From Antechinus flavipes (Eukaryota), in NCBI RefSeq assembly GCF_016432865.1, contig NC_067400.1, forward strand, positions 613,552,001-613,616,000: a DNA stretch of 64,000 bases, written 5' to 3'. How positions within the stretch are numbered: the first letter of the stretch is position 1; each line of letters begins with the position of its first letter. Below are positions 10,956 to 24,000 of the stretch, one piece after another. Both the position numbers and the translations under genes were made by a program. A model generated the notes under the pieces. That model ran no database searches. It saw nothing but the letters and a program-made list of their open reading frames with translations, and was not told the origin of the DNA.

Positions 10956-10995
10956 CCTTCTCTAGGGTGGGGCTTAATGGGGACCCAGGATGCCT

Positions 10996-12087
10996 TCAGG
11001 GGGCTGACGCCTTCTTCCCCTTCTTCCCTTTTTCCTTCTTCTCTCGCTTTTCTTTGGCCGTCTTCATTTTCTTCGGTTTTTTCATTTTCTGGGGCTCTTG
11101 GCCAGGCCCCCGATGCTGGATAATAAGGAGTATGGAGGGAGGATTGAAGGGGCCTGGGGGAGGGGGCGCACCCATGGCCAGGCAGACCGAGTTGGGGGTT
11201 CTTGCCCTCTCACGCCCCAGGACCAGTCTGAGGATGCCAGGGTCTGTCGGGCAATCCCGGTCCCAGCTTGGGGTTCCTTCCCTCATGCTCAGCTGTTGGG
11301 GGTCCTAGATGTCACAGGGGTAGGGAGTGGGGAGGGGCGGGAGGGGCCTTACCTTCACTTCTGAGTCAGAGTCGCTGGAGCTGGAGCTGCTGCTGCTGCT
11401 GGAGTCCGAGGTCGCAGGCCTAGGCTGAGCACAAGAGCGCCGTCAGGCCCCCTCCCCTTGGCCACGGGCGGCCTCTGCGGCCCAGACCTCCCCTGCCGTC
11501 CCTCACTAGGCTTACCCGGGCGGGTTCCCCAGGCTTGGGGGGGCCCTGCGGCAGACCTCCCTTCTCAGTCTTCTTGGCATCGGCACCTAGGGCTGCCAGT
11601 GGGGAAGAGCCGTCTGTCCCAGTCCAGGCCCGTGGCACAGGGACCCAGGGACCCCGGTGGCCTGAGTGGGAGCTCCCCCAGATGAATCCTTACCCCCACA
11701 CTGAGACTCCAAGGAAGGGGGGGGGCGCCTGCAGCCGCTCCCATGGGGGACACACTCCCTAGGCGTGTTTGGCCCAAACTAGTCTGTTCTCCAGCCCCAC
11801 CCCCACCTCCAACTGCTGCTGCCCTCCCCCCTTCCAAAGCCCACCCACCCGTCTTAAGGATTGGGGCCTTTTGAGAAAGACCGAGCAAGGTAGTCCCAGC
11901 TAAGCCACACACTTCACCCACAGGAGCTGGAGAAAGGGCCTGCCCGTGTCCCGGAGGGGCCTGCTCCATGACCTGCGCTCTCAGCAGGGGCGCTGATCCC
12001 CCTCTCCCCCTCCTCCCCCCCTTTCTGGGGTCTGGGGGAAAGAACTCTGCCCAGAGAGCCCTTACCTGCAGAGAGATCAAACTCCAT
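10996..12087 (-). CDS. C19orf33: C19orf33 orthologue (IMUP / H2RSP), 96 aa small Ser- and Lys-rich protein; 4 exons
   Basis: Minus-strand exons 12087-12066 (MEFDLSA, donor GTAAG), 11592-11516 (ALGADAKK..EPAR, donor GTAAG), 11424-11353 (PRPATSDSSSSSSSSSSDSDSEVK, donor GTAAGG), 11115-10996 (HRGPGQEPQKMKKPKKMKTAKEKREKKEKGKKGKKASAP-stop). Total 291 nt, in frame. MEFDL start, poly-Ser/DSD segment and Lys-rich tail match recalled human C19orf33; position is syntenic. Boundaries of the divergent exon 2 are less certain. Confidence 0.85.
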
Positions 12088-13410
12088 GGCCGAGGTGGAG
12101 GGTAGGTCTGAGCAGGAAGAGAGGTACACATTGCCCTAGACAGGGCGGGCCGGGGAGGGGCCCAATGGGCTCCCAGGTAGCCGAGGCCGGGAGTGGGTGT
12201 GGGCAGGTGGGGCGTGGGTGCGGGCAGAAGGCAAGCTCCTGGAGAAGGCCGGCCAGAGCTGGAATTCTGGCGCTGACTGGGGCCCTGACCGGGGCCCTGA
12301 CCGGGGCCCTGACCGCCTGTTCTGGCCCCGCCTCCTAGAAGCAGGAATGGGACAGGGAATGGGACAGGGAAGCCCGGTGCCCTTTAGTAAGCGCGGCGGC
12401 GCAGTGAGGAGGTGGGGATGGGAATGGCGGGTGCTGCCTAAAGACTGGAACTTCCCGTCCCCCCACCCAGTTTCCTTCAGATCACAAGTATTGGAGCGAT
12501 TGGAAGCCAGACTTTGACCCTCACCTAAGCCTCCCTGCCCACCGCAGAGGGTGGGTGCGCTCCTGGGTCCCGTTCCCCAGGTGATCTGCCCCAACACTAG
12601 GGCCAGGGTAGGGAGGACAGAGGGCCCCGGAACACGGTGTGCAGCCCAGAGGGGGAATCGCTTCTGGCTCGCTGCCACCTCCCAGGAGACTTCAACCCTC
12701 GGGGCCAATGTGAAGGTGGACCGATGACCTTTGCCCGTCATGGTAAAGACTAGTTGGACCAGCAGGACCTGCTCTCACTCTCCGAAGGGCATCAGCTGAT
12801 AGCAGAGGCAGAGGCCTCCACCTGTGACCGCCCGCGAGGGGGCTGGCAGCTTTCCCTCTACCATTCCATGCCCCCCCCTTCCCCACTCGGGTTCTAGGCA
12901 CTTCTAGGCTTCTTACTGGCCCAACTTCCAGGAGACCTACATTCCCCCACGCGTCCAACCAGGAATCTGGGGCCGAGGCGCGGGGTCCCGCGGACCCCGT
13001 TTCTAGTTCAGATCTGCTGCTTAATTGTCCCCTAAGGGGCTCAGTGTGGAGGCTACTCCTCCAGGCTCATCTAGGAGCAAAGGCTGCTTGGGACTGTACA
13101 GGCCGGGGACGAGGGAAGGCTTTGTCCGTCCCCCCCCCCCCCAAGGACGCAGGGCCAGAATGGAGCAAGCACACCCGCCTTTCCGTGCTTCCTGCCCGGT
13201 TTTCACTAGGACTGGCCCACTTGAACCTCTGCTTTCAGAACTGCAGACACCCTCATTTACTGGATCAAACTGCTCAGAACCCGGGAAATCCCGCCTGGGC
13301 CCCCTCGGCACCGGGCAGGGAAACGCTGGGAGGCTGTTAATGGCCCCCACCACAGTCTAGGCCGTCTTGGGGCTCCCATCTGCCAGGAGCCAGGCTCACT
13401 CTCCCTGCCG

Positions 13411-13424
13411 CCACTAGGTGGCAC
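13411..13424 (+). promoter_or_regulatory. CTCF-binding motif
   Basis: CCACTAGGTGGCAC matches the CTCF core CCRSYAGRKGGCRS at every position. Motif only; binding not shown. Confidence 0.6.
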
Positions 13425-14636
13425 TGGAGGCACCTTTAGCAGGTGGCTGAGAAGCTGGCAGCCGGGGCCCTTCCTCACCAATGCCAAGTGGCCACTCTGG
13501 GCTCCTGGACCGTGCACACGGAACAAGGAATGGCTGCAGACCTTCCAGGCCCGGGTCAGCTTCGGAAACCACAGGAGGAGAGGGCAGGACCTCCTGATGC
13601 GAGGCCGCCCGCTGAGAGAGCCGCTCCGGGCCTGCTCCTCGCCGAGGGAGGGGTACAAAGTCTGCTTTCTACAACTCGGGACAACTCTGCCTAGCACCCG
13701 CAGGACGGTCACGGCGGGGAGGGGGGCCTAACCCCGGTTTTATAGAGGTTCCGCGGCCGAGGCAGGACCTGACCCAGACCCAGCGCGCTGCTGCCCGTCT
13801 CCATCCCGAGCCCCCGGACACTGGGAGGTGGCTCCCGGAGACGGACGCAGACAAACCAGGGTCGGCCCGAGCCATCCTCACCTTGCCGGGGCACGGAGCC
13901 AGGGGGCGCCTCAGATCTCGCGGTTTGATCCGATATTGCTATCAAGTCAAACCTGTTTTGGGCAGGGAGGAGGAGGAAGAAATGAATACCCACAAGGAAG
14001 CAGGAAACAAAGACTCAACAGTAACTGGATGAGCGTCAGCGGCAAACCTGATGGTGCTGGGCCCTTCTACGGGGGCTTTTCAGAATCAAAGGAGTTTTGT
14101 TTGAGGAGCAACATGACCTTGACCGTGTCACTGAGAACCTGGGGGAAGCAAGCTTGTAGAACAGACTGCCTCCTGCCCTGGGGTTGGATCTGGGCCACCC
14201 CAACCCTGGAGTCCCGGTTGGCCGGGAAAGGCCCCTCCCACCTTTAGGGACTTCAAAGGAGCAGCAGACTAGGTGAAGTCTACCATCAGTGGGGCTGCCC
14301 AGTGAGTGGAACCAAGGTGGCGGGGCAGTTCTCCGCATGGCATGGGGTCCACATCCTCAAGCGCTGGGGCCCCAGGGAAGCATTTTCCCAGGGAGCTAGT
14401 TAGACAACGGGCTCTTCTATAGAGAGATGATGTCTGCCTGCACCCCAGGGGCCCCGAAGCAAAAGCGCTTTAAGACCTGGGAGCTACTATCCCCAGTGTT
14501 CAGGCAGGCTCCCCTGCACTACTCTGTGGGCCCGCAGAAGCTAATCTAGAATAGCAGGAATATGGAAGGGGCTGTTCAGGAGATATATTCAAGAAAGAGA
14601 GCAAGAACTGAAATGTCTTTTTAAAGAGAAGGCACT

Positions 14637-14642
14637 TTTATT
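14637..14642 (-). terminator. SPINT2 polyadenylation signal AATAAA
   Basis: TTTATT on +, ~380 nt past the SPINT2 stop, followed on the minus strand by a U-rich tract. Confidence 0.7.
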
Positions 14643-15018
14643 AATCTTTCACTTTTCTTCCTCCACCCCTTTTCAGAATCCTAAAATACAAATCTGCTTT
14701 GGTTTCTTCAAAAATATTTCTAAACCAAAATGTCCTTCCCCCCACTCCCCAGCCCACTCCCCCCACCCTGCCCCAACCAAGCTAGGAAGTATATCACTTG
14801 CCTCTTGGAATTAAAAAAAGTCATACACAAATCACTTAAAAAACTATGAAGGAGGAAATAAAAACACCAAAAACGTGGCCTTTCTACAAGTGGCTTTCCC
14901 CTATTCCCCTCCCCTGACAATTTCTCCTATTTTTACGCTTCCCTGTGGGCGAGGGGCCCTTGTGGCAGCTTGCATGGAGAGAGCCGAGCTGCCCGCCAGG
15001 AGGGGTCCCACAGCTTCC

Positions 15019-18000
15019 TCAAATGGTGTAGGCGCTCTTCACCAGATACTCCTTGTCATCTATGGGGCTCCACACCGTGTTGAAGGCACTTGCCCGGTGC
15101 TTCCGAGCTATCTTGATAAAGATGACGACCATTGCTCCCAGAAGGATGGCTGCCATCACTGCGAGCAGCACCGCCAAGGCCACAGCTGGAGACAACAAAG
15201 ACTTGAGGTACAAGGATCCAGGGGAGGCGGCTGCCCCGGCACAAGGCCTTGGGCGGTGGCTCCCCTCAAACATGGAGCCTGCTGCCACCGAAGCCAGGCA
15301 GAGTGTTTGCAGCCCCAAAGAGTGAGAGTGTTGCGCAGTGTGAGAGACAGGGTTAGAAGCAGAAGCCCCCTCAGCCCCATTATCCTGACTCTGGGGGAAC
15401 ATCCTTTTCTAGGGTAAGACAAGGTAGTGCCCGTAGTGCCCGTGCAGACCTGCCGTAAGGGGCAGCAGGGAAGCCCATGCTTAGTGCTCTCAGAATCTCT
15501 GGGAAGCATCCCCAAGGGAGCTATGAACGAGGTACCCTCCCAACCCCTCAGGCAGGCAGAGCGCTGCTGGCAGGCGACAGGACCCAGAAGCCAGCAGAAG
15601 GTGCTCCATGGCTGGCATCCTGGCCAGGGAAGTCTGCCCACCTGAGCCCTCCTCCTGGGAACTTCCAAGCTTCTCAGCATGACCCGAGATCCCTCAAGCA
15701 CAAGGCCGGCCGGCTCAAATATAATTTTTGCCCGTGTAAAGCTCCAACAGCTCAAGAGACCAGAGGCTCACTAACTTGTCAGACAAAAAGCTTCCCTGGG
15801 AAAAACAAGTCCCATCATTGATTCCAACTGCAGACCGAGACTCGCAGGCCCCAAAGGGAGCAAGCCCCAGACTCTGGGGAGGGCCTTGTACCGGGGATAC
15901 CCAACAAGTTTTCCCACATACGACTCAAACTGCTTCTTAACTGTTAATGGTAATGGGCCTCCACCTCTTACATCCCCCTATATCCCGCTTACTAGCCCCG
16001 TACAGCTTTTTTAGTTCCTTCATTGTCAGTTCTGCTGTTTCAAGCAAGATACTAACATCACTCATCTGGGCTTCAGAATGAGCTGCCCCTTTGGTGCAGG
16101 AAGAAGAGTAAAAGCGAAGCTTTTCTGGGTCTGTTCAGTTAGAAAGGAAGGGGACTGTGGCAACATGACCTTAAGTCCTCCAAAAGACTGAACCAAGAAT
16201 GAGCAAGAGTGTAGAAGCAGGTCTTGGTGAGGAGGAGCCAGCTTTATCATAGACAATCAGAAGGACGTTTTACCTTTGGTGGAATGTGACATGGCGGGGT
16301 GAGATGCTTTATGGGTACGCTTGCCTGAAAGGAGAACAAAGACAGGCTGGGAAATCACCTTGAGAACAAACCGGACGCTCTCCTGGTTACTGAACACCTT
16401 TTCTCAAGCACTTGCTGCCTCCTTAGTCAGGAGTGGACTCCTCTACTGAATTTCCCTTGAATCCCCTGAAGGCTTAGGACTGGTTCCCGTCCCACTGCTG
16501 GGATCCCTTCTTGTCCCCAGCCCACTTCCCATACTCTCTCAGTCCAGAAGGGCCCCTGGCCACAGTGCTCTAGACTCACCAAAACATTTCGTCATGCAGT
16601 CTTCTAGGTTCACGTAGCTATTTTTATTGCCTCGACACCCTCCATAGATGAAATGCACACAGGTGTTCTTCTCGGCGTCAAAGTACCACCGTGGGAAGGC
16701 TGCCCGACAAGGGCCAGTGACCGCTTTGGCCGTGCAGTATTCTGGAAGCAAACAACAAATTATCTGTCAACATGGGTTTTGCAACTGATGCCCCATATTC
16801 CTGAGAAATATAACAACCTCTCCTTGCAAAGTTAGATCCCATCCGGCTGCCTCAAATCCCATTCTTATAACTATAAGATATGAAGAAAAACCACTACAAA
16901 CGTTTGTGGTCAGTATCAATATTTGTGACCCCACACAACCCTACTTCCCTTTACTCATACAGAGAAATCTTCATTAGACCCTTCCGTTCCTTGACAAAAG
17001 GGCCTCACAAGTGAACTACAATGAAGGCATTCAAAGCATATTTTCCTGATGTACACATTAAATCAGTGGAAATCCTGTTAAATCCCATTTAAACACAGCC
17101 AGTTCTTGAGGTAAGAAAGACCTTGGCAGATCTCTCACTCTGAAGTTCTCAGTGCAGGTACAGCTTTCCCTGAATTTATGTAAATAAAGTGTCCAAAGGA
17201 GCAACATTGTTTAATCCTAAAAATTACCTTCATAGTCGAAATCGGTAACAGGAAATTCTTCAGAATTTTGCTTTCGGGGAGCTAAAACAAACCAAAAAAA
17301 TTTATATTTAACAAAACTGGGATCATAAAAAAAGTTTTACAAGTTAAACAAGTTCTGAATAGCAATTCTTAGCAAAACTTAGGCCTTACAAGCCCTGAGG
17401 ATCTGCCATTTATCACCAAAGAAAGGCAGTGAAGAACATCCTATCCAGGAGTACTTCAACACACCTCTCTAGGATGACCTCACAAGACTTCTCTGAAGCT
17501 GGGAAAATAAGCTCTGGGGTCTCCTCTAGGCAATCTATTATCACATTATTATTATTATTATTATCACAGTATTATCTAGCAAGTCTATTATCACAATTTG
17601 CAAATCTCCTCCCCAAAATACAATTTGGTAGAACACTTTATCAATAGTACCAAGGATATAATTAAAACACTGATAAGTGACCTAGCATTGGTGTTAAAGG
17701 AAAATACTTTTTCAGTATGGCAGGTAGCTCTGCTCTCCCATGCTGATAAGAGATTAAATCTCTCCACCTTCCTCAAGAAATTCATTCTACAGATTTAACA
17801 CACACCCCTCCCCCAAAAAATACTTGGAACAATGATTAACTTAAATCCATACATAGGTATATTAGCAGGAAAAACTCGGTGACTTAACATTATACTATAG
17901 ACCCCGATCCCCAACTTAAGGAATTCATAATGTGAGCCCACCCTAGCAAAATCCTGACACAGAAAGGCTGGTTATATAATATTAACTCTGTGGAAACAGG

Positions 18001-21000
18001 TACAGAGAGAATTTTGTATCACTGTAGATTTCTAATCAACCAATAAAGAAAACGAACTGAACCCCAGCACAGTCACATCCCATCTAACACTGAACCCAGA
18101 GCTCTGGGGCTGGCACTTACTAGCCTGGACTTAACTGCTCAGGCATAATTTCTTCACCTGTAAAACGGGGCTAACGGGGCTCATTGGGGGAGGAAAAGTT
18201 CGGTTCTCGGCAAAGCTGGAGCTCAAGGGCTACCTGGGTCATCACCACTCTGGCGATCTGTTCTCTCTCAGGAGTCAGCCCCAACTCCGTCCCAGTAGGA
18301 TTTGGGGGGGCGGGGCTTAGTTAAAATTGATTGATGACCCGACTGCATTACTGTTGGGTCTGGGCAATGCGAAGAGGGCTATGTGTGACTCTCCTTCGCA
18401 CCAAGTCTCAAGTGCAGTGACAGTCCCGCATCTATGCCCATAGGAAGCTTCCTCAGTGCACCGAGGACAGCCGTCCTCAGGAGGGCGCTGTGGTAGGGAC
18501 TCTAGGCTAATCACATCCATCCCATCATAGGAACCCCAGGCTCCAGACTGGCACCACTCACCCCAGGCTCCCGTGGCTGGGTCCTTAAGCATACAAGAAG
18601 TATGGGACAGCTGCTGTCAGGGCTACAAAGCAACCTAGCACAAACAAAGCTTGAGATCAAGGACTGCAATAGGATTGAGTAGGAGCTGGGGCAGGGGCGG
18701 GGGCGGGGACAGGAGCGACGAACAACACAGGTAGGGTAACGATTCACATCCACGGGCAACTGGCTAGTTACCTTTACACTTTCTAAGCAACCATCACAAA
18801 TGCCATGTTTTCTAGGGCTGAGCAGTGAAATCCTACCCACGAGAACCTCCTCCAAGAAGCTTTCCCTGATCCATCCCTGTCCAAAATTACCTTCCTTCTG
18901 TCTTCCTCCTGCCTCTCCTTCACTTAAATGTCATTTTGTATTCAAGTTTCAGATTGGCAGGGCCACAAGGGAGAGGGTAAGGACCTTGTTACACCAAAAC
19001 CATCAGAGCTGGAAGTAAGTTTATTTGGAAGGCAAAATCTGTCCTTTCTGAATGGGCTCGGAAGGTTTCTCTCTTACAACCCAGAGATGTGAAACGGTCT
19101 TTTACAATACTCTATCTGGATAGATGGTCGATTCTCTTTCCAGCTCAGCTTCACCCTAAGAACCTACCACTTGGACTAGGTTCATGTGCTCCATCCTTTC
19201 TGGCTGGGGCTTCGTTAGCAGAGTTCTCTATAGGGAACAAAAACTTGCTGCCATTAGAAACTGAGTCAAAGCAATTTAGCCATAATAAAGTTAAATCTGT
19301 CATAATTCTCTCATCTTCCCCCACTCTCACTAGGCCCCTCCTCCCCAGAGCCGATGCTATCCTCTGAAGGGAAACTGTCACCTTAGATTCACATCAGGGA
19401 CCTAGGTGCCAACACAGAGCCAAAGCAACTTGAAGCTTTCTTTTAAAAAATACTTTATTGGAAAAGCAAGCAGAAGCATTATGTAATGGGAGAAGTTCTG
19501 GATTTAGAAGCGACTTGGCTCTGCTAAGCACCAGCTGTTTGGGCCTGCTTCCCCTTTCATAGGACGGGATGTTACTTATCCTGTGCCCCAACATACCTAA
19601 AGGGGAGCTACGCTTCTTAGAAAAGGGAGATGGATAATCTGGGTTGGCTTCATCATTCAGGGCAGAGCTGACAAATCAGCACTGTGTGGGTGTAAATGGG
19701 GATAATTGACACCAAATGGGTAGGACATTAGGCAGGTGAAGAGAAAGGAAGAGTAGAGAATCTGGTGATGACAAATAACTGACATTTATAAAGGGCTTTA
19801 TAATGTGAGGCAGGCATTGGGGAGAGAGGGGTGTTAGAATTATTCTCATTTCACACAGCAAGAAACTAAGGCACAGGGAAGGGTAGTGACTTGGCCACGT
19901 CACACAGCTAGTGTTAGAAACATAATGGGAACACCAGCCTTCTTAGCTGCAAGTCTGCCTCTAAATTAAACTCTTCTCGCCTGCCCCGGCCAAGTTCTAA
20001 TTACAGCAGACTAGAACCTTCAGCTTAGAAGAGGGAGACTGAGGTTACTGTAGGTAATACCACTTACAGCAGCATAAACATTTATTAAGGTTTTGTAACA
20101 AAGAAGAAGGGAACAGAAAACTTTTTAAAGGAAGCCAGATTCACAAAGCAGAGAAGTCTGGGAAGACCAAGAACAAACTGCAGGCCCTACATAGGAGAAT
20201 GACAATGTGCAGAATGACAACCAAGCTACCCAGAGGTTAAATTTTAGGCAGGATACTGAGAATAGAGCAATACATGATCTTTAAGGCAGACAAGTCCCTT
20301 CCTCCTTATTCTGTGAAGAATCTTTGGACAGACTGTGCTCCCAGAAGATCAGCAGCAGATGTGAACCCAAGAGGCCTGGCAGGCCTAGACAAATCCTAGA
20401 GACCTGAAGAGCCCGAATGCCCTCAGCGGGGCTCTCAGTGTAGAGGGGAAGTGAGCTTTTCCCTTCTCTTCACCTGTCTTTGAGAAATGGCAAAACAATG
20501 CTCCAGAGCTTAGCCACACAATCATTCTGATTCTTCCCAATACGTAAGTATCACCTGGTAAGCCCCTCAGCCTCCATGGAGTTCAATGATCAACTTTATG
20601 CAGATGGTTCCCAAGTGCACATATCCAGCCTAGTCTTTCAGATACTTTGAACTACCTATCTTTAATCCCAAAAGAATCTCTAACTTGACCTGTCCAAAAC
20701 AAAACGATTTCTCCCCCCCAAACCATCCCCTCTTCTGAATTTCCTATGGCTGTCTGAGGAAGTAAAGGGAATAAACATTTATTAGGGTTACAAGTCAGAC
20801 ACTTAGCTAAGTGCTTTACAAATTATGATCTTGTCACAACCATCTTGGGAGGCAGGTGCCATTATTAACCTCATTTTACAGTTAAGGAAACTGCGGCAAA
20901 AAGTTGTCACTTGCTCAAGATCAAAAAGCTAATGAGCATCTGACACCAGACTGGAACCCAAGTTTTCTGGATTCTAGGCTCAGTGTTCTATTGAGGGTGA

Positions 21001-24000
21001 AACCAGAGCCTCCCAAGGCTTCTTCCTCACTGTCCCCTCTCAATTGCTCTACATAGCCAATTTTCCCCTTAGTAGCCAAAGGAATGTTCCTCAAGTATAG
21101 CCGACTGCATTCTCCTCCCTCCACTCTACCACATTCCCTGCAGGATCAACACGTGTGTCAGCTTGGGATCTAAAGCTCTTTTCACAAGCCAGCTCCGTCC
21201 TATCTTCCCCATCTCCCTCTGACCCTGCCTCATACTGGACGATCCAGCAGCATTAGTTGGAGAGACAGTTCCTTGAACACAGCTCTCCATCCTTTGTGAG
21301 CAGCCTCCTCACCCCACCATCCCTTTTTAGTTTCCAACCCACCTGGCTCCAGGATCCTCCTGTTCATACCTCCTTCCATTTTCTTAGAGCAGACCTATAT
21401 ACATCTAGTCACTTATGTTTTCTCCCTCTGTTGAGAAATACTCGGGACTTATTAGCACAACTCCTGACAGCAGGTACGTGACAGGTAGTCACATACTGTG
21501 TGTGGATGTTACTGTTTATGGCCTAATATTATCCAATGATAGTTGTAAAGCACTTATCTTAGGGTCCTAGTACACACTAGGCACTTAATTAATGCTCCTA
21601 ATTAATCTTTCTAGACAATATTGAGGAGAACTGCAGTCCATAATGGATAAAAGGAGGCCAGAGAATTCCCAAATTGAGAAAAACCAACCTGCACTCATGT
21701 GTTTTTTCATGTCTAGACTGCTACAGTTCTTCTTATCCCCAACATACCCTTGGATTCATGTGAAGGCATAGGTCAGCCCCCTGCTCCCAATGGCAACCCC
21801 AACTAGTTGTTTCCCCCTTCTCCCCCCTCCCCCCACACCGTGCTTGTTACTTGAACAGGCCATAAATCCAGAGGCCACAGCATTCAACCTCATTGTACAG
21901 AGGCGGAAGCTGAGAGCCAGAAGGAAGTGGTTCTCCCAAGGTCAGACTGGTAGGGAGGTTGTACACAGATACTCTAATATGTTGACACTGCAGTATGCTG
22001 CATACACAAATTGCTTAAGTGATTGCTGGGTGAGGAAGCTTCAGTTTCTCAACTTTAAAACACTTTTTCCAGGTCATGGTGAGGGACTAGTAAAAGTTCT
22101 AGGAAAACTTGGATTTTAGGTATATATCTACTTATAAATAAAAGTGCTACTACTACTGCCTTACCTGCTACTCCATTACATGCTTTGATACAGTCTTTTC
22201 GAGTCAGGAAGTTGTTGTAATTTCCACCACAACCTCCATAGAGAAATGAATGGCAAGCCTGAGCTGTAACATTATACCACCACCTCGGTATAGAGGCGCG
22301 GCACCTACCTACCATCTTTGGGGAGCGACACAAGTCTGAAACACACAAAAATTAAACCTACTTAATTTGGCATACTAATAATCCTTTATGAAAGGGCAGC
22401 CAAGCAGCCCCTCACCCTATAGTTACTAAGGGGTAAACCTCTAACAGACAGTTCAGGTAATATTTGAAAGGCTGGCACAGTGTTGGGGAAAAAAGCAGTA
22501 AATAAAACTCCCAAACTGCAGGCAAACCACAGTCTCTCACTAGAATCCAGAGTGGGGACCAGACCGGCCTCCCTAGATCCTGGCACTAAAAGGGCCCCCT
22601 GGACACAATTCAGCCTTCTACAGGCAGCTCGTTATGTTTTGGGGCCATTTTGACTGCTGGAAAATGTTCCTGCACATTAAGCCAAAACCCACTTTTGCCA
22701 ACTTCCCCACTCTACTCACCCCCCCCCCCAAGTATAGAGCTCCGATCCCTCTTATATAAGACAAACCTTCAGTCATTTGAAGGATAGCTATATTACGTCC
22801 CCCAAAAGGACTGTTTTCTCAAGGTTAAACATCCGTAATGTCTTCAATCAGTTTCTTCATGGAGTAGGTTCTTTGGTCTCATTGGGTGGTTGGGAGGAAA
22901 TGGCTTTATAAATGTCAAGCACAATATCTAAGCGAGCTATCATTGTTCTTTTAAAAAACAAGACTGTGACATTTTAACATTAATGATCTCCGCCTTGGTA
23001 AAACTTAGGAAAATATTGATCTTGTTAATAACAGTAAAGGTAAACAAACCAACCCAAGTACTTTCAGACACATAAGAAAGAAAAACTAAGTAGAACTTAT
23101 AAACATCCTGTTCTTCTGGCTACTTGGGAAGATACACTTGGAACATAGGAGATTTCCTTCCATCTCCAAAGTCTTCAACCTAGAGCAGCCCTTCAGGGCC
23201 TTCACCTCCAATTCATTCTACCCACCTTCCACCACACTGAAGGGCCCTCCCCACCCAACTACTAGAATAGTAAGCAATCATTATATGACTTCCTTGCTCA
23301 AGGACCTCCACCTCTACAGCTTGCCCTGCAAATGTCAGGTTCTCTGCCTGGGTTTTCAAAGTCCTTACTGGGGTACACTCTACCCTACCTAAGGGGGAGA
23401 AGAATTTAACTTTTGGCTTTATTTTCTACTGCTTTCCAAAGTGAACTGGATCAACTCATCAGCCACCCATTTTGGCCACTTCTTGAGTTCTTCTCCCCAC
23501 CTTTTCACACATTCATAGTCTTTTCACCATTCCCAGGCCTTGCTCAAGTCTTCCAAGCTTCTACTGTGGTTCCTACCATTTTTCCCTTTCTTCAGTTTTT
23601 CATACTGTCAAGTGTATGATTATATATAATCATTTACTGCTCTCAATTTTTACATGAACGGTGTTCTTGTCTAATCAACTAGGCTATAAACTCCAAGATG
23701 GAGATTCTATTTGGAGATGGTCTCCTTTATCTTCCCCCAAGACACAATTATTACTAGATATAGAAGATATACCCAGAAAGTATTTAAACAAAATGTTTAA
23801 GGTCCTATGTATAACCAAACCAAACATGCTTTCAATGATGCTTCCCAACAAGTTCATTACAGACTAAGCAATTATTAATTAAGAGCCTGTCTCCCCCTAT
23901 TGAATGGAAGCACCTTCTTCATCTAGAGAAGGTACCAAGTTACAGAGATCAAAAATCAACAAGAACCAAGCAGAACATATCAGAAACACTCACTGGCTAC

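Noticed and set aside
11694-11758. Possible extra or mutually exclusive C19orf33 exon (TAG acceptor, GTAAGG donor, phase 1 to 0)
   Set aside because: Poor polypyrimidine tract, no similarity to the recalled orthologue, and the 4-exon model is already in frame; needs RNA evidence.
18452-18472. RE1-like GCACC-GA-GGACAGC in SPINT2 intron 3
   Set aside because: The 5' part of the left half-site does not match, and the context is a non-neuronal gene.
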